Positions 1 to 9,797 are shown, counted from the first letter of the stretch. The stretch: 55,677 nucleotides of DNA from a virus (IMGVR_UViG_3300004353_000017:1-55677); one strand, 5' to 3'. Numbers and translations are program-made. Notes: generated by a model not told the origin, from the letters alone.

Positions 1-402
1 ATGGGTACAATAGAAGAAAGAATTTTAAAATCGGAAACCCACATTTTTAAAGCTGTTTTTCCTAGTACAACAAATCATTACGATACCTTATTTGGCGGAA
101 CCGCACTTCATCTTATGGATGAAGTTGCTTTTATTTGCGCAACAAGATTCAGCCGAAAGAAGGTGGTTACAATTTCTACAGGTCAAATTGATTTTAAAAA
201 AGCAATTCCAGCCGGAACTTTAATAGAATTAGTTGCAAAAGTTATGAGTGTTGGAAGAACAAGCTGCAAAATTCACGTAGACATTTTTATGGAACAAATG
301 TATTGTGAACTTCGTGAAACAGTAGTTTCAGGAACTTTTTCTTTTGTTGCAGTTGATGAGAATAAGACACCAGTACCAATTTTAGATGATTTAGAACTGT
401 AA
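1..402 (+). CDS. Acyl-CoA thioesterase, HotDog fold (YciA-like); host gene
   Basis: Motifs VFPSTTNHYDTLFGG, MDEVA, VGRTS and FVAVDE..P are typical of YciA-type thioesterases. Confidence 0.92.
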   Translation: MGTIEERILKSETHIFKAVFPSTTNHYDTLFGGTALHLMDEVAFICATRFSRKKVVTISTGQIDFKKAIPAGTLIELVAKVMSVGRTSCKIHVDIFMEQMYCELRETVVSGTFSFVAVDENKTPVPILDDLEL

Positions 403-488
403 CTGCAAAAAAATATTTTTCAGAAATACTGATAATTAAGCACTTAAAAACCTATCAAAAAAAAGTTTAAAAAAAGTGCCCAAAAAGT

Positions 489-518
489 TTTGAGAACCGA
501 AAAAGCGTCTTATATTTG
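489..518 (+). promoter_or_regulatory. Bacteroidetes sigma-70 promoter of the tRNA gene
   Basis: TTTG (489-492), 18 nt spacer, TATATTTG (511-518); fits the -33 TTTG / -7 TAnnTTTG consensus. Confidence 0.8.
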
Positions 519-550
519 CACTCGCAATCACAAAATGATAGCGACATACT

Positions 551-635
551 GGAGAAATGGCAGAGCGGTCGAATGCGGCAGTCTTGAAAACTGTTGACTG
601 TAACAGGTCCGGGGGTTCGAATCCCTCTTTCTCCG
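551..635 (+). tRNA. tRNA-Ser (anticodon TGA); probable prophage integration site
   Basis: Acceptor stem GGAGAAA/TTTCTCC, anticodon arm GCAGT-CTTGAAA-ACTGT, long variable arm, GTTCGAATCC T-loop; CCA not encoded. Confidence 0.97.
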
Positions 636-642
636 CTTAACT

Positions 643-679
643 CGGGAAGCTTAATAAACAAAAGGCTTCCCGTTTTTTT
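643..679 (+). terminator. Intrinsic terminator after tRNA-Ser
   Basis: CGGGAAGC...GCTTCCCG stem followed by T7. Confidence 0.75.
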
Positions 680-769
680 ATAAATAAAAGTGAACAAAAA
701 GTGATCGCTTCAGTTCATACGATTGATTAAATGTCCCCCGCAAACATTTTAATTCTTAAACAAATTAAA

Positions 770-1930
770 ATGAAATCAATCTACACTATTCCAAAGGTGG
801 TCAAGTATGACGATCTTTCTAAATCCTGGTTTGTCTACTTTAGATACAACAAGGTTCTTTTCCGTTTTAAGTACGGAATCAATTACATTGACAATTATAA
901 AAAAAGAGAAATTGAAGCAAATCTGCTTCGCGATGCATTGCACCAAAAACTTAAGGAAGGTTGGAATCCCCAGATTCCGGACGTAATTACAGCGCAAAGT
1001 AATTTAACTTTAATAGATGCTCTTGATTTTGCAATTGATAAAAAGAAATCCAGCATCGGTTCGAAAACCCTCTCCGGATACAACGGCACCATTAAATTCG
1101 TTAAAGACGCTGTAAAGGCCCTTGATATGTCACAGTTGCCTATTGTTGACACGAAACGAGTTCACATAAAGCTAATAATGGAAAAGGCAAAAGAGCAGCG
1201 CAAATGGACCAACAATGCATATAATAAACATTTGAATCACTTAAAAGCGATCATGAGTGAATTAATCCAATGGGATATTATAGAAACCAATCCTGCACAT
1301 AAGATAAATAATATGGCCGTGGCGGAAAGCCGCGCCAACGTTCCTGCTTCCGATAAAGATTTTCACAAAATCAAAATAGAAATGCAGAACAATCATCGTA
1401 ATTTCTGGAATTTTTGCTCAACAATATTTTATACTGGAATTCGTCCGGAGGAAATCTTGAAAATTACATTAGGAATGATTGATCTTTCTAATTCAAAAAT
1501 AACATTGCCTGCAGAGATTACTAAAACTAATAAAGAACGCATTGTTCCGATAAATCAACATCTCAGTGAAATATTACACTCCATGAGATTTGAAAATCTA
1601 CCGGAGTACTTTTATTTATTTGGAAGTTTTAGGCAGCAAGGAAAAGGGAATGTCGGAGCAAAATTAGATTTTATTCCAGGCTCAACTAAATTAAAGAGAG
1701 ATACAGCAACTAAACGCTGGGAAAGAATCGTAAAAAAAGGATTAGGGATTGATATGAATTTATATGCAATGAAGAAACACGGTGCAAATAAAATGATTTT
1801 AGCAGGTGTTTCTATTGACGCTCTGAAGGATTTATTTGGCCATACATCACAAGTCACTACCCAGATTTATATAACGGACCTTAAAGAAATCAACCGTAGA
1901 AACATACTGGAGAATGCGCCAGCACTTTAA
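770..1930 (+). CDS. int: Tyrosine recombinase / phage integrase
   Basis: TGIRPEE (Arg I), TKT (Lys), YAMKKHG (variant of HxxR box), LFGHTS (His), TQIY (Tyr); N-terminal arm-binding-like region. Start at ATG 770 preferred over 731. Confidence 0.93.
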   Translation: MKSIYTIPKVVKYDDLSKSWFVYFRYNKVLFRFKYGINYIDNYKKREIEANLLRDALHQKLKEGWNPQIPDVITAQSNLTLIDALDFAIDKKKSSIGSKTLSGYNGTIKFVKDAVKALDMSQLPIVDTKRVHIKLIMEKAKEQRKWTNNAYNKHLNHLKAIMSELIQWDIIETNPAHKINNMAVAESRANVPASDKDFHKIKIEMQNNHRNFWNFCSTIFYTGIRPEEILKITLGMIDLSNSKITLPAEITKTNKERIVPINQHLSEILHSMRFENLPEYFYLFGSFRQQGKGNVGAKLDFIPGSTKLKRDTATKRWERIVKKGLGIDMNLYAMKKHGANKMILAGVSIDALKDLFGHTSQVTTQIYITDLKEINRRNILENAPAL

Positions 1931-2043
1931 AATTATTAAGAAGTATATATACATTATCAAAACCCATCTTAATCAGAAATATTCTGTAATGCAAAAATTT
2001 CCAGTTATTTCTCTATCTTTAAAGTACCTAAAAATATATTACT

Positions 2044-2511
2044 ATGTCTTTAAATCTTAATTTATTCGATGAAGAACATGTTTATAATCTGTACGAGCTT
2101 TATAAACATTCAGTAGAAGAATTACAGACAAATAAATTATTAACTCAAGTGCAATCTATAAAACTACAAACCTTTAAGAAAAGAATGGCCGAAATAGAAG
2201 ATCACGCTTCCACGAAAAGGAACGAAGGTAATAGGTGGACCACAACAACGTTGCTAAAGCAATGGGGATTGAATCCCACATTGGTACTGGTATTTTATCC
2301 TGGATCAAACTCATATAAAAAATATGGACAGACAGTGGTAGCAAATATCGAATATAACGCTACAGACGTAAAGCAAATGTTTGAAAGTATGGAAAATAAA
2401 TTACCCGCGACACCAGGTTTAATTAAATGTAAATTTATGCCTGATTTTGATGAGCACGAGATGTTAGACACTGCCGATATTTTCGGTACGCGCTTAGTCC
2501 AAGAGAGATAA
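2044..2511 (+). CDS. Hypothetical protein (moron-like, opposite to the lysis genes)
   Basis: 155 aa ORF; TATCTTTA -7-like element near 2014; ends at a bidirectional terminator. Confidence 0.7.
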   Translation: MSLNLNLFDEEHVYNLYELYKHSVEELQTNKLLTQVQSIKLQTFKKRMAEIEDHASTKRNEGNRWTTTTLLKQWGLNPTLVLVFYPGSNSYKKYGQTVVANIEYNATDVKQMFESMENKLPATPGLIKCKFMPDFDEHEMLDTADIFGTRLVQER

Positions 2512-2547
2512 ACAAAAAAACATCCACTCGGATGCTTTTTTGTTTAT
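2508..2547. terminator. Bidirectional intrinsic terminator ending the late operon
   Basis: A-tract-CATCC-ACTC-GGATG-T-tract between convergent genes. Confidence 0.7.
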
Positions 2548-2548
2548 A

Positions 2549-3169
2549 TTATTCTTTCTTTTCAATTTTAATTGTCCGACTCTCCCCACATTCATCGAAA
2601 GACTGAGAAGTATATTCTTTACGGCCAAATAACCGTGTCTTAATTCCTAAGAATTTCCATTGTCTCCTTTCCCAATATGCAACAGCATCAGATTTATTAT
2701 TAAACTGGCGATCATCAACTATAATTTTAAGAGTTGTACCGTCATATAATGCAAGCCCAGAATTTGTTAAGCATTTAGATGAATCAATCCACCGCTGCTG
2801 TTTAGGAACACTATTTTTGATAGCATCGATTAATCCTGAAACATCAGTTTCTCTTTTCGTTGTATCGCGATACTTCAAAGTCTGCGAAATTATACTCTGA
2901 ATTCGACTTTCTTTTATACCGGCATTTTCCAGTTTCTTTTTCAGATCTGAATTTTGATATTGCAGATAATCTTTAAGCTCTCGCTCACTTAGAATTTGGC
3001 TTGCATAACGTAAACTATCCACTTTCCTTTGCTGACTTGCATTTTCAGTTTGTCTTTTATTTTCTGAAATTTGGTACTTGTAATCCTTGTAAAACCAAAC
3101 TGCAGATGCAGCTATAATAATCAACACAATTACTTTAACATTGGTAAATATTGTCTTTGGATCTATCAT
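2549..3169 (-). CDS. Putative spanin-like lysis protein
   Basis: Single N-terminal TM helix plus coiled-coil region; directly after the endolysin (4 nt overlap). Confidence 0.55.
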   Translation of the reverse strand: MIDPKTIFTNVKVIVLIIIAASAVWFYKDYKYQISENKRQTENASQQRKVDSLRYASQILSERELKDYLQYQNSDLKKKLENAGIKESRIQSIISQTLKYRDTTKRETDVSGLIDAIKNSVPKQQRWIDSSKCLTNSGLALYDGTTLKIIVDDRQFNNKSDAVAYWERRQWKFLGIKTRLFGRKEYTSQSFDECGESRTIKIEKKE

Positions 3170-3606
3170 GGATGAACAAATATTACATTTATATTTTTTC
3201 TAACTCGCTTCATGACATTTCCGCCATTGCTGTCATTTCCGACCGCAGTATTGCCTTCAATTGTTTCAAACTCTTTTTCATTAATCCATCTTACGAATAG
3301 TCCAGTGTGATCGTACCGACCGTCTGCATTCCAATCAAAAAAAACAATATCACCTTCAACAGGCTTTTTTGTAATTTGATTCATTTTTTTGAAATAAGCA
3401 ACTGCAGTTTGACAACCTGCGTAACCTTTGGAAAATCCAATCTTTGGTAGTTGAAAGCCTGCCTGAGCGTAGCACCATGAAACAAACATTCCACACCAGG
3501 CCACACCATCAAAACCAAACCATTTACCGTATTTAGTTTTGTTTGAATTGGCCGGCTTTTCCGTTTGGCCAATTTCTTTAGCTGCTATTCTAATAATTTC
3601 ATTCAT
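3166..3606 (-). CDS. Endolysin, CHAP-domain amidase/peptidase
   Basis: WCGMFVSWC (catalytic Cys), GDIVFF, DHTG (His), TIEGN. Confidence 0.9.
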   Translation of the reverse strand: MNEIIRIAAKEIGQTEKPANSNKTKYGKWFGFDGVAWCGMFVSWCYAQAGFQLPKIGFSKGYAGCQTAVAYFKKMNQITKKPVEGDIVFFDWNADGRYDHTGLFVRWINEKEFETIEGNTAVGNDSNGGNVMKRVRKNINVIFVHP

Positions 3607-3614
3607 AATTATAT

Positions 3615-4034
3615 TTATTTAGTTATAATATTTCCGGTATCGGAAAATAAATTCTTAATTTGAAATGTGATTAATCTGCGTATTGGACGCACGAAGTATT
3701 TTACAAAATCATTATTATTACCTATCACCTCCATATTTTCCAGAATAGAAACAACTTCGATGTAAATCATAATACAGATCATAGAATCCCCAAATAAGCT
3801 GGAATATTCGCTTCCAAATCTGCTCGCACTTACACTTCTAATGTTTAGCAGAACCATTCCAATTATGATTGAACCTCCATATTGAATGAATTTGGTAAAC
3901 GTTTTTCGGAATCCTTCTGAGGTTCTCGTGGTTTTGGTAAGTGTTGCCTTTGTAACACCGAAAACGAAGTCCAAAATAAAAAGTATCAGTAAACCTATTA
4001 ATAGGCTGCCATCTGGGGTATATCTCAAAATCAT
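3615..4034 (-). CDS. Holin (phage holin 4 / toxin-secretion family-like)
   Basis: Three hydrophobic segments with D..FG..KA, S.GFRKT..K and E..SILEN motifs; adjacent to the endolysin. Confidence 0.85.
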   Translation of the reverse strand: MILRYTPDGSLLIGLLILFILDFVFGVTKATLTKTTRTSEGFRKTFTKFIQYGGSIIIGMVLLNIRSVSASRFGSEYSSLFGDSMICIMIYIEVVSILENMEVIGNNNDFVKYFVRPIRRLITFQIKNLFSDTGNIITK

Positions 4035-4038
4035 AATT

Positions 4039-4506
4039 CTATTTCATTAAAGTGTTGTAATCGTTAAAAAATTCTTTTTCTTGGTTCATCGAGATCTCAC
4101 CACGCTTGTAACTTGCGTACGGCACGAAAAACAAACCAATTATAGTCAATCCAATAAACCGGGAAAATGAACTATACTGTCCTTTCCCTTTTCGCTCCTG
4201 TCCTTTTGCATATAGCCAGTCAGCATACCATTTAGTGTAAAATGTGGAGGCTACATTTTGAACCAAATATTGATAATCATGCAACATTGCATCGATATCT
4301 AACTTTGGTAAATCCTGCAAGTCTTTTACAACTGTGGCACCGTCAAACTCATTACAGTTTAGACAGAAATAATCAAATGCTTTTAAGTAAACATTGATTT
4401 CCTCTGTGTCGTAATCTTTAATTTCAAGAATTGAAATAACTTGTCTTCTATAAATTTTGAGAATTTCAGAATCTTGCGCGAAGAATGTCGATTTACTCCC
4501 TATCAT
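4039..4506 (-). CDS. Hypothetical protein, DUF1353 / prokaryotic PLA2-like motif
   Basis: FDGA...AMLHDYQY...AD pattern; C-terminal hydrophobic helix. Confidence 0.5.
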   Translation of the reverse strand: MIGSKSTFFAQDSEILKIYRRQVISILEIKDYDTEEINVYLKAFDYFCLNCNEFDGATVVKDLQDLPKLDIDAMLHDYQYLVQNVASTFYTKWYADWLYAKGQERKGKGQYSSFSRFIGLTIIGLFFVPYASYKRGEISMNQEKEFFNDYNTLMK

Positions 4507-4868
4507 AATATTGAGAATTCCCAGTCTTCTGGGTTAAGACCATAAATAGTTTTTCCGTCCTCAAGTAAATTTGTTTGTGTGTCCATCATTAATGCTATTT
4601 GGTATTTTCTGTTTTCAGCTTCGACACGTGTTAATCCAGATAAATCATAATTTTCCTCGATGTACAAGTTCATTGCGTTTACTTGTTCAGTACTCCAAAT
4701 AATTTCTTTAGAAAATTTGGCGCTGTCCAAATTATCTAACCTCCAATCTATCACCAGATATTTCTGTCCGTTATCAATTTTTTCCGTTGATGGTCTTACT
4801 TCAATTTTGAGGATAGATTTAATCTGATTCCTATCGTGTACTGTAATTGGAAATTTTGTTTGTATCAT
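4503..4868 (-). CDS. Hypothetical protein, possible tail fibre assembly factor
   Basis: 121 aa ORF immediately downstream of the fibre gene. Confidence 0.5.
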   Translation of the reverse strand: MIQTKFPITVHDRNQIKSILKIEVRPSTEKIDNGQKYLVIDWRLDNLDSAKFSKEIIWSTEQVNAMNLYIEENYDLSGLTRVEAENRKYQIALMMDTQTNLLEDGKTIYGLNPEDWEFSIL

Positions 4869-4893
4869 CTTATGTCGTATTTAATGATTTGTT

Positions 4894-7380
4894 TTACGGT
4901 TTTTGATATAGAGTTCTATTGCCAGTTATCTTATAAAAGGCTTTTGACGGAAGATTAGAATCAGCATCTGCTGCTGCATCATTTGCATAAGTTGGAAGTG
5001 TCAGATAAACAAGAAAACCATTCTCATCTATATAAGCGCGTAATGTTTCAATCTGCATATCAGTACCTGAACCAGCCTTTTGACCAGTTATAAAATGTAT
5101 TCTACTTTTTCCAGATCCTTTTCCAGTACCCGATTTAATATTTAATGTTCCGCCATCAAGATTTGCCGAACCTAACGCATTATTATTTTGCTTGTAGATA
5201 TCTACATTTGGAACACAAACGTAAGTGTCGCCAGTTACTGAAACTGTAATACCTTGATAATTTCTAATTGTTTGACCTAATGCCACAAAATTACCTACGC
5301 CATTAGTTTGCATGTATATATCTCCATTTGCGACACAAGCATACACATTGCCATTTGGTGCAGCTTCAATACCGATCCAGTTTCTGCTTGTTTGCCCCAA
5401 AGGAGCAAAGTTTCCAGCACCTCCAGTTTGCATATAAATATCACCCCCGGACACGCAGGCGTATATATTTCCATTAGGATGCGCAGTCATTTCAGTCCAT
5501 AATCTTGTAGTTTGACCTAATGCAACAAAACTTCCACTCCCTCCTGTTTGTTTAAAAATATCCGTAATACTCGCAACGTACACATCTCCATTTACAGCAA
5601 CTGCAATACCGTTGATTCTTCCACCAGTAATTGTTGTTACAGAATTAAATGTTCCAGTCCCTCCAGTTCTCTTATATAAAATACCTGTATTCCATTTTCC
5701 TGCATAAACGTCACCATTTGGAGCACCTGCCATTCGCCACCAACCACCCGTGACTTCGCCAGTGGAAATAAAATCGCCAACTCCGCCAGCCTGTTTATAT
5801 ATTCCAGTTGTTCCATCAGCGCAAGCGTAAACATCGCCATTTGGAACGCTGCACATACCAGCCCATGCAACAGCAGCTGATTGCGACAATCCTATGAAAT
5901 TCGCATTGTCAACATAATTGATAGTTCTTCCAGCTTCAAGAGATAAATCACGGCCAACAGTAGTTGAATTTGATTGTTCAACTCCTATAATTCTGTTTGC
6001 TTGCTTCCCTAAAGTGATGTCTTTTGACGGTGTATTTACTGTATCAATTCCAATATACGTACCTGTATCCTGAACCCTACTCGGCCCTAACGACGTTGCA
6101 CTTGTCGATTTTGGAAGGTAGTTCGTAACACCTGCAAGAGAGGCTTGCTTCGTAGCAATACTATTATTGATAGCGGTTAAGTCTGTATCGTCTAATAGAG
6201 TACCGTTCCTATTTTGTAAGGTATAAGTTCGAGATGCTGTATTAGCATTTGAGAAAAATGACGTGAATGTATTGGCGTTGTTTCTTAATCCGAGCTTTCC
6301 TGCTAGAAAGGTTTTAATTCCGGAAACAGTTTGATCATTCGAAATACCTAAATAAAGCGCATCAAAATAAGTTTTCAGTGTAGACTTAATTGTTGAAAAT
6401 TTCCAATATTTTGTTTTATTTGAATCTTCACTATCGGACATACCGACCTTGTCATTATCATTGATTGTGATTTTTTCTGTTGCTGATGAAATCATAAGAC
6501 CCAAATCAGAGATAATACCAACGAACTCATTTTTCAAATTGCTTGAATCTGTCGTATTCATTACAAACTCTAAAATTTCACCAGGTCTTATTTTGTAATT
6601 TAAAGCATTTGGAAAACTATATTTAACATTTCCAGTCCCGGCATTATGCCATATTGTAACAATTCTTCCACTATTATTTTTTACAAAGTGGGATTTTCCA
6701 GAATACATAAATTCAGCTGCAGCTTGCGTTGACTTAATATCTGTTACGACACCTGTAAGTGATAATATATTCCTGTTATCTGGCATGGTGATTTGTTCAA
6801 TAACTGCATCAGGATAATTGACAATTAAATCATAACTCTCAGATTTTAATTTAAATTCTTCGCCAATAAAAGGCGGTTCTGGATTTGCGAGGCTCGAATC
6901 AGTAACCTCAATTTTTGTTATGTAAACTGTATCAATAGGCTGGTTGGGGGCCGGTGAAACTCCTTGCGTTTCAGGACCGGCAACACGATGAATAGTGTTG
7001 AATTTATCTGCAACAATAAAGTCAGTTCTTGTATAACCCAACTCCGCAAAAGGAACATTGAGGACAGTATCAATACTTGTGTGATAATTGACATTATCCA
7101 TTACCCAGGCTGCAGCTGGAACAGTTACTGTGTTACCCGCAACAGTTATATCTCCGGACACGGATATCAGCTTATTAAACTGATAGCTCAAGATCGAGTC
7201 AATAATTTTTTGAATGGCTAATTTCTCCGAAACGCCACCACGAGAAACATGAATAAGTGAAGAAGGATCTAATGTATTTTGCGCCGGAAGTTCCGCGATA
7301 GTCTTAGCGTTTGTATTGTAGGCATTTAACATTCCTGTTATTGCAGCCAATCTCTCTGTGACAAAACTTTCGAAACTCAT
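4894..7380 (-). CDS. Tail fibre / receptor-binding protein with six ~40 aa beta-propeller-like repeats
   Basis: End of tail module; six PNG.VYA...DIY.QTGG.G.F..LGQT repeats; start at MSFESF (7380) because a -7 element lies at 7401-7408. Confidence 0.8.
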   Translation of the reverse strand: MSFESFVTERLAAITGMLNAYNTNAKTIAELPAQNTLDPSSLIHVSRGGVSEKLAIQKIIDSILSYQFNKLISVSGDITVAGNTVTVPAAAWVMDNVNYHTSIDTVLNVPFAELGYTRTDFIVADKFNTIHRVAGPETQGVSPAPNQPIDTVYITKIEVTDSSLANPEPPFIGEEFKLKSESYDLIVNYPDAVIEQITMPDNRNILSLTGVVTDIKSTQAAAEFMYSGKSHFVKNNSGRIVTIWHNAGTGNVKYSFPNALNYKIRPGEILEFVMNTTDSSNLKNEFVGIISDLGLMISSATEKITINDNDKVGMSDSEDSNKTKYWKFSTIKSTLKTYFDALYLGISNDQTVSGIKTFLAGKLGLRNNANTFTSFFSNANTASRTYTLQNRNGTLLDDTDLTAINNSIATKQASLAGVTNYLPKSTSATSLGPSRVQDTGTYIGIDTVNTPSKDITLGKQANRIIGVEQSNSTTVGRDLSLEAGRTINYVDNANFIGLSQSAAVAWAGMCSVPNGDVYACADGTTGIYKQAGGVGDFISTGEVTGGWWRMAGAPNGDVYAGKWNTGILYKRTGGTGTFNSVTTITGGRINGIAVAVNGDVYVASITDIFKQTGGSGSFVALGQTTRLWTEMTAHPNGNIYACVSGGDIYMQTGGAGNFAPLGQTSRNWIGIEAAPNGNVYACVANGDIYMQTNGVGNFVALGQTIRNYQGITVSVTGDTYVCVPNVDIYKQNNNALGSANLDGGTLNIKSGTGKGSGKSRIHFITGQKAGSGTDMQIETLRAYIDENGFLVYLTLPTYANDAAADADSNLPSKAFYKITGNRTLYQKP

Positions 7381-7400
7381 TTTAGATATTTTTATTTCAA

Positions 7401-7443
7401 CAAATGTAGAAATAAAATATTTATTTAGAATCATTCTAAATAA
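7401..7443 (-). promoter_or_regulatory. Late promoter (-7 TACATTTG) with 23 bp palindrome TTATTTAGAATCATTCTAAATAA
   Basis: -7 at 7401-7408 on minus strand; palindrome at 7421-7443, 12 nt away; same layout at 22090-22132. Confidence 0.75.
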
Positions 7444-7488
7444 CAAAATGCACCTCGTAAAGCTTTAATTTTTAATAACTTTGCGTCT

Positions 7489-7686
7489 ATGTTTTTTATA
7501 CTACTATTCATAGTTATTGTCGGAGGATGCTGGAAGCTGGGAAAAGCTGCCGGGAATACATTATTTCCTGATAACTATAATCGATCAGGGTATGTTGATA
7601 AATCAACTACAATTCATCATCATCACCATTATCATGACAACAGAAGCATTCATGTTGATGGCAAGAGTATCAAAGATTTGAAATAA
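7489..7686 (+). CDS. Small His-rich membrane protein (moron)
   Basis: N-terminal hydrophobic helix, TIHHHHHYHD stretch; own -7 element TAACTTTG (7476-7483) and terminator. Confidence 0.65.
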   Translation: MFFILLFIVIVGGCWKLGKAAGNTLFPDNYNRSGYVDKSTTIHHHHHYHDNRSIHVDGKSIKDLK

Positions 7687-7731
7687 TATATTTGAAGGTC
7701 CATTATTCACTATACGCCTATATTTTAACGT

Positions 7732-7770
7732 AAAGCCTCTAAATTTTACGAAAATTTAGAGGCTTTTTTT
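7732..7770. terminator. Strong hairpin terminator between convergent genes
   Basis: AAAGCCTCTAAATTTT-ACG-AAAATTTAGAGGCTTT plus T-tract. Confidence 0.85.
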
Positions 7771-9794
7771 TAATATCTTACAAAACCAGTTTCAGTTGAA
7801 ATCAATCCTGGCACCTCAACTTCACTTCCACTAAAGTCAAGATTTCCGCTTCCTTGAGAATTATAAATATTTCCTGTTTTAATCATTGAAGCAGTTAACA
7901 CATAAAGGTTTGAACTTTCCAAAGGCCCTTCTGTTGAAAAGCTCCCGTTTTTCACGTATGAAACACCATTAATTGAGACAATTTCGTGTGATAATGCAAT
8001 CATCAGTTTTCGCCAAATTTCTTTTGTCACAGGTTCGAAAACAAATTCATCTACTTCATAAAGTTCAGCGCTTAAAAGCAATGTATTTGTATCTGTTTTA
8101 TGAGTTTCACTTTCTTCGTCAATTCTTCCTCGCACAAAAGTAAAGGGCACTCTGATTTTAAACTCAATACCAGTGGCATAAAAGACATCTGTATTTGTTG
8201 TGTTACGGTATTTTATCTCTAAGACATCCTCATGTTTTACTTTGCACCAAAGCTCTTCACTCAGGTGGATAATAGTCGGGAAATTCGGATCTGAATTTAC
8301 TAATTGAACTTGAAACCTTTGATCAATATAATTCACCATATCAATGGTAAATTCATAGACTTCATAATTGAATCTATTGAAGATGGATCCTACAACAATA
8401 TTAACTTCCGGTCCAGTGTAATTTTGAGAAATAATAATGACATCGGCATTCTTTGTTTCATCAAACACAACATCTTCGATTAGGAACCATGCACTTGCAA
8501 TTATAATATAATTTCCTTCAACAGCCCATTCCGGCAAAAGTCCATTTAGCGAGTACGTTCCAGTTACCCCGTTAGTATCGTAGTCATAATTATTTCCGGA
8601 AATGAAATAAATACCGGTTTTACCGCTGCCAATATTATATTTTCTCGCGTCTCTTTTATCCTTAATCCCAATATTATTTGTCTTTTTTTCTACAGGAATA
8701 ATAACTTCAGAAAGATCTTCTTTTATAACCTTTGCTATATTCGAACCATAATTAGACTTGAACTGTGTACTGATAATATCAGCGCTTTGAAACTGTTGAA
8801 CTTCTTTGTATGGAACATCAACATCAACTTCACAACTTAAGGTGTTTTCATCGGTTTTATAGTTCCCGGAATCTCCCCATGTTATTATGTTCGCAAAGCG
8901 AATAGGGTTAGATTTGCTTATATAAAAATATGGTGTCTGAATGCCAAATTCATTGACAGAAAAACCTTTTTCGAAGCTACATCCAAACTGATCACGGACA
9001 TATAAAATAAAATCATCAACAGCTAATCCGGAAAATGTATTGGACGTTTGCCAGATAACACCATCAAGTGAGTACTGCAAATCAAGCCCTGCCGAATTTA
9101 CATTTTCGACGATTACAGTTGCACCATTTGGGCTATTGTTCACATTGATCGTAAAGTTTGATGCATTCAATAAACTTGGAAGAACGACTGTTTGATTTGC
9201 CTGTTTTCCATTAGAATCTTCAACTAAAATATTTATCGAATCACCTCTTAACCAATCAAAAGAAAATGGATTATCGCTATTTGGATTAATGACAACAGGA
9301 CTCAATACTTTTGCCGCCAGAATACTTGTCGAAACGTTGACCTTGACGTTTTGGCACTTATTTGTACTTGCTTCTGAAAAGGAAATGCTTGTAATCGCTA
9401 TTTCAGGAATTGCAGGTTCATTTTCAATTACAATTGTTGCATCGGTTGTATTTAACCCAAGTAAGAAAACAGATCCTGTTTTCTTTGCTTCAATAATCAC
9501 CGTTCCAAGACCGGAATTGGTTGGTCCGTTAATTGCTGTCACTGTGTATAGACCAGCAACGTTCCAATCCAAATCGAAGGCCTGTTTGTAATTAATAGAA
9601 CTTGAGCCGACATATCTGTCTGGATGTATACCATCATCTGGGAGAAAGTTAGGTATCTTGACTCTCCATGGCTCAGTTCTGTTTATATTAAAGCGTTCGT
9701 AAAAAGTCGTTGAATAATAACTATCTGAAATAATTATGCTCTCAAACTCCTCCGGAACTCTTGTAAACGTTATTGTTACTTTAGAATATGCCAT
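7770..9794 (-). CDS. Tail / baseplate structural protein
   Basis: 674 aa, beta-rich, with an Ig-like segment (QYSLDG..WQ.SN.FSGL....Y.RD..GC); in tail module. Confidence 0.7.
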   Translation of the reverse strand: MAYSKVTITFTRVPEEFESIIISDSYYSTTFYERFNINRTEPWRVKIPNFLPDDGIHPDRYVGSSSINYKQAFDLDWNVAGLYTVTAINGPTNSGLGTVIIEAKKTGSVFLLGLNTTDATIVIENEPAIPEIAITSISFSEASTNKCQNVKVNVSTSILAAKVLSPVVINPNSDNPFSFDWLRGDSINILVEDSNGKQANQTVVLPSLLNASNFTINVNNSPNGATVIVENVNSAGLDLQYSLDGVIWQTSNTFSGLAVDDFILYVRDQFGCSFEKGFSVNEFGIQTPYFYISKSNPIRFANIITWGDSGNYKTDENTLSCEVDVDVPYKEVQQFQSADIISTQFKSNYGSNIAKVIKEDLSEVIIPVEKKTNNIGIKDKRDARKYNIGSGKTGIYFISGNNYDYDTNGVTGTYSLNGLLPEWAVEGNYIIIASAWFLIEDVVFDETKNADVIIISQNYTGPEVNIVVGSIFNRFNYEVYEFTIDMVNYIDQRFQVQLVNSDPNFPTIIHLSEELWCKVKHEDVLEIKYRNTTNTDVFYATGIEFKIRVPFTFVRGRIDEESETHKTDTNTLLLSAELYEVDEFVFEPVTKEIWRKLMIALSHEIVSINGVSYVKNGSFSTEGPLESSNLYVLTASMIKTGNIYNSQGSGNLDFSGSEVEVPGLISTETGFVRY

Positions 9795-9797
9795 TTT

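Noticed and set aside
467-697. 76 aa minus-strand ORF
   Set aside because: It is the antisense shadow of tRNA-Ser (GERGIRTPG is the typical tRNA reverse translation)
544-1914. 13 bp direct repeat ACATACTGGAGAA at 544-556 and 1902-1914 as an att pair
   Set aside because: It would flank only the tRNA and integrase, involves the tRNA 5' end and lies inside the int coding sequence; probably chance. The true attR should be beyond the window
5180-5870. Diversity-generating retroelement acting on the tail fibre
   Set aside because: No reverse transcriptase in the window; the repeats are in-frame protein repeats not limited to adenine differences
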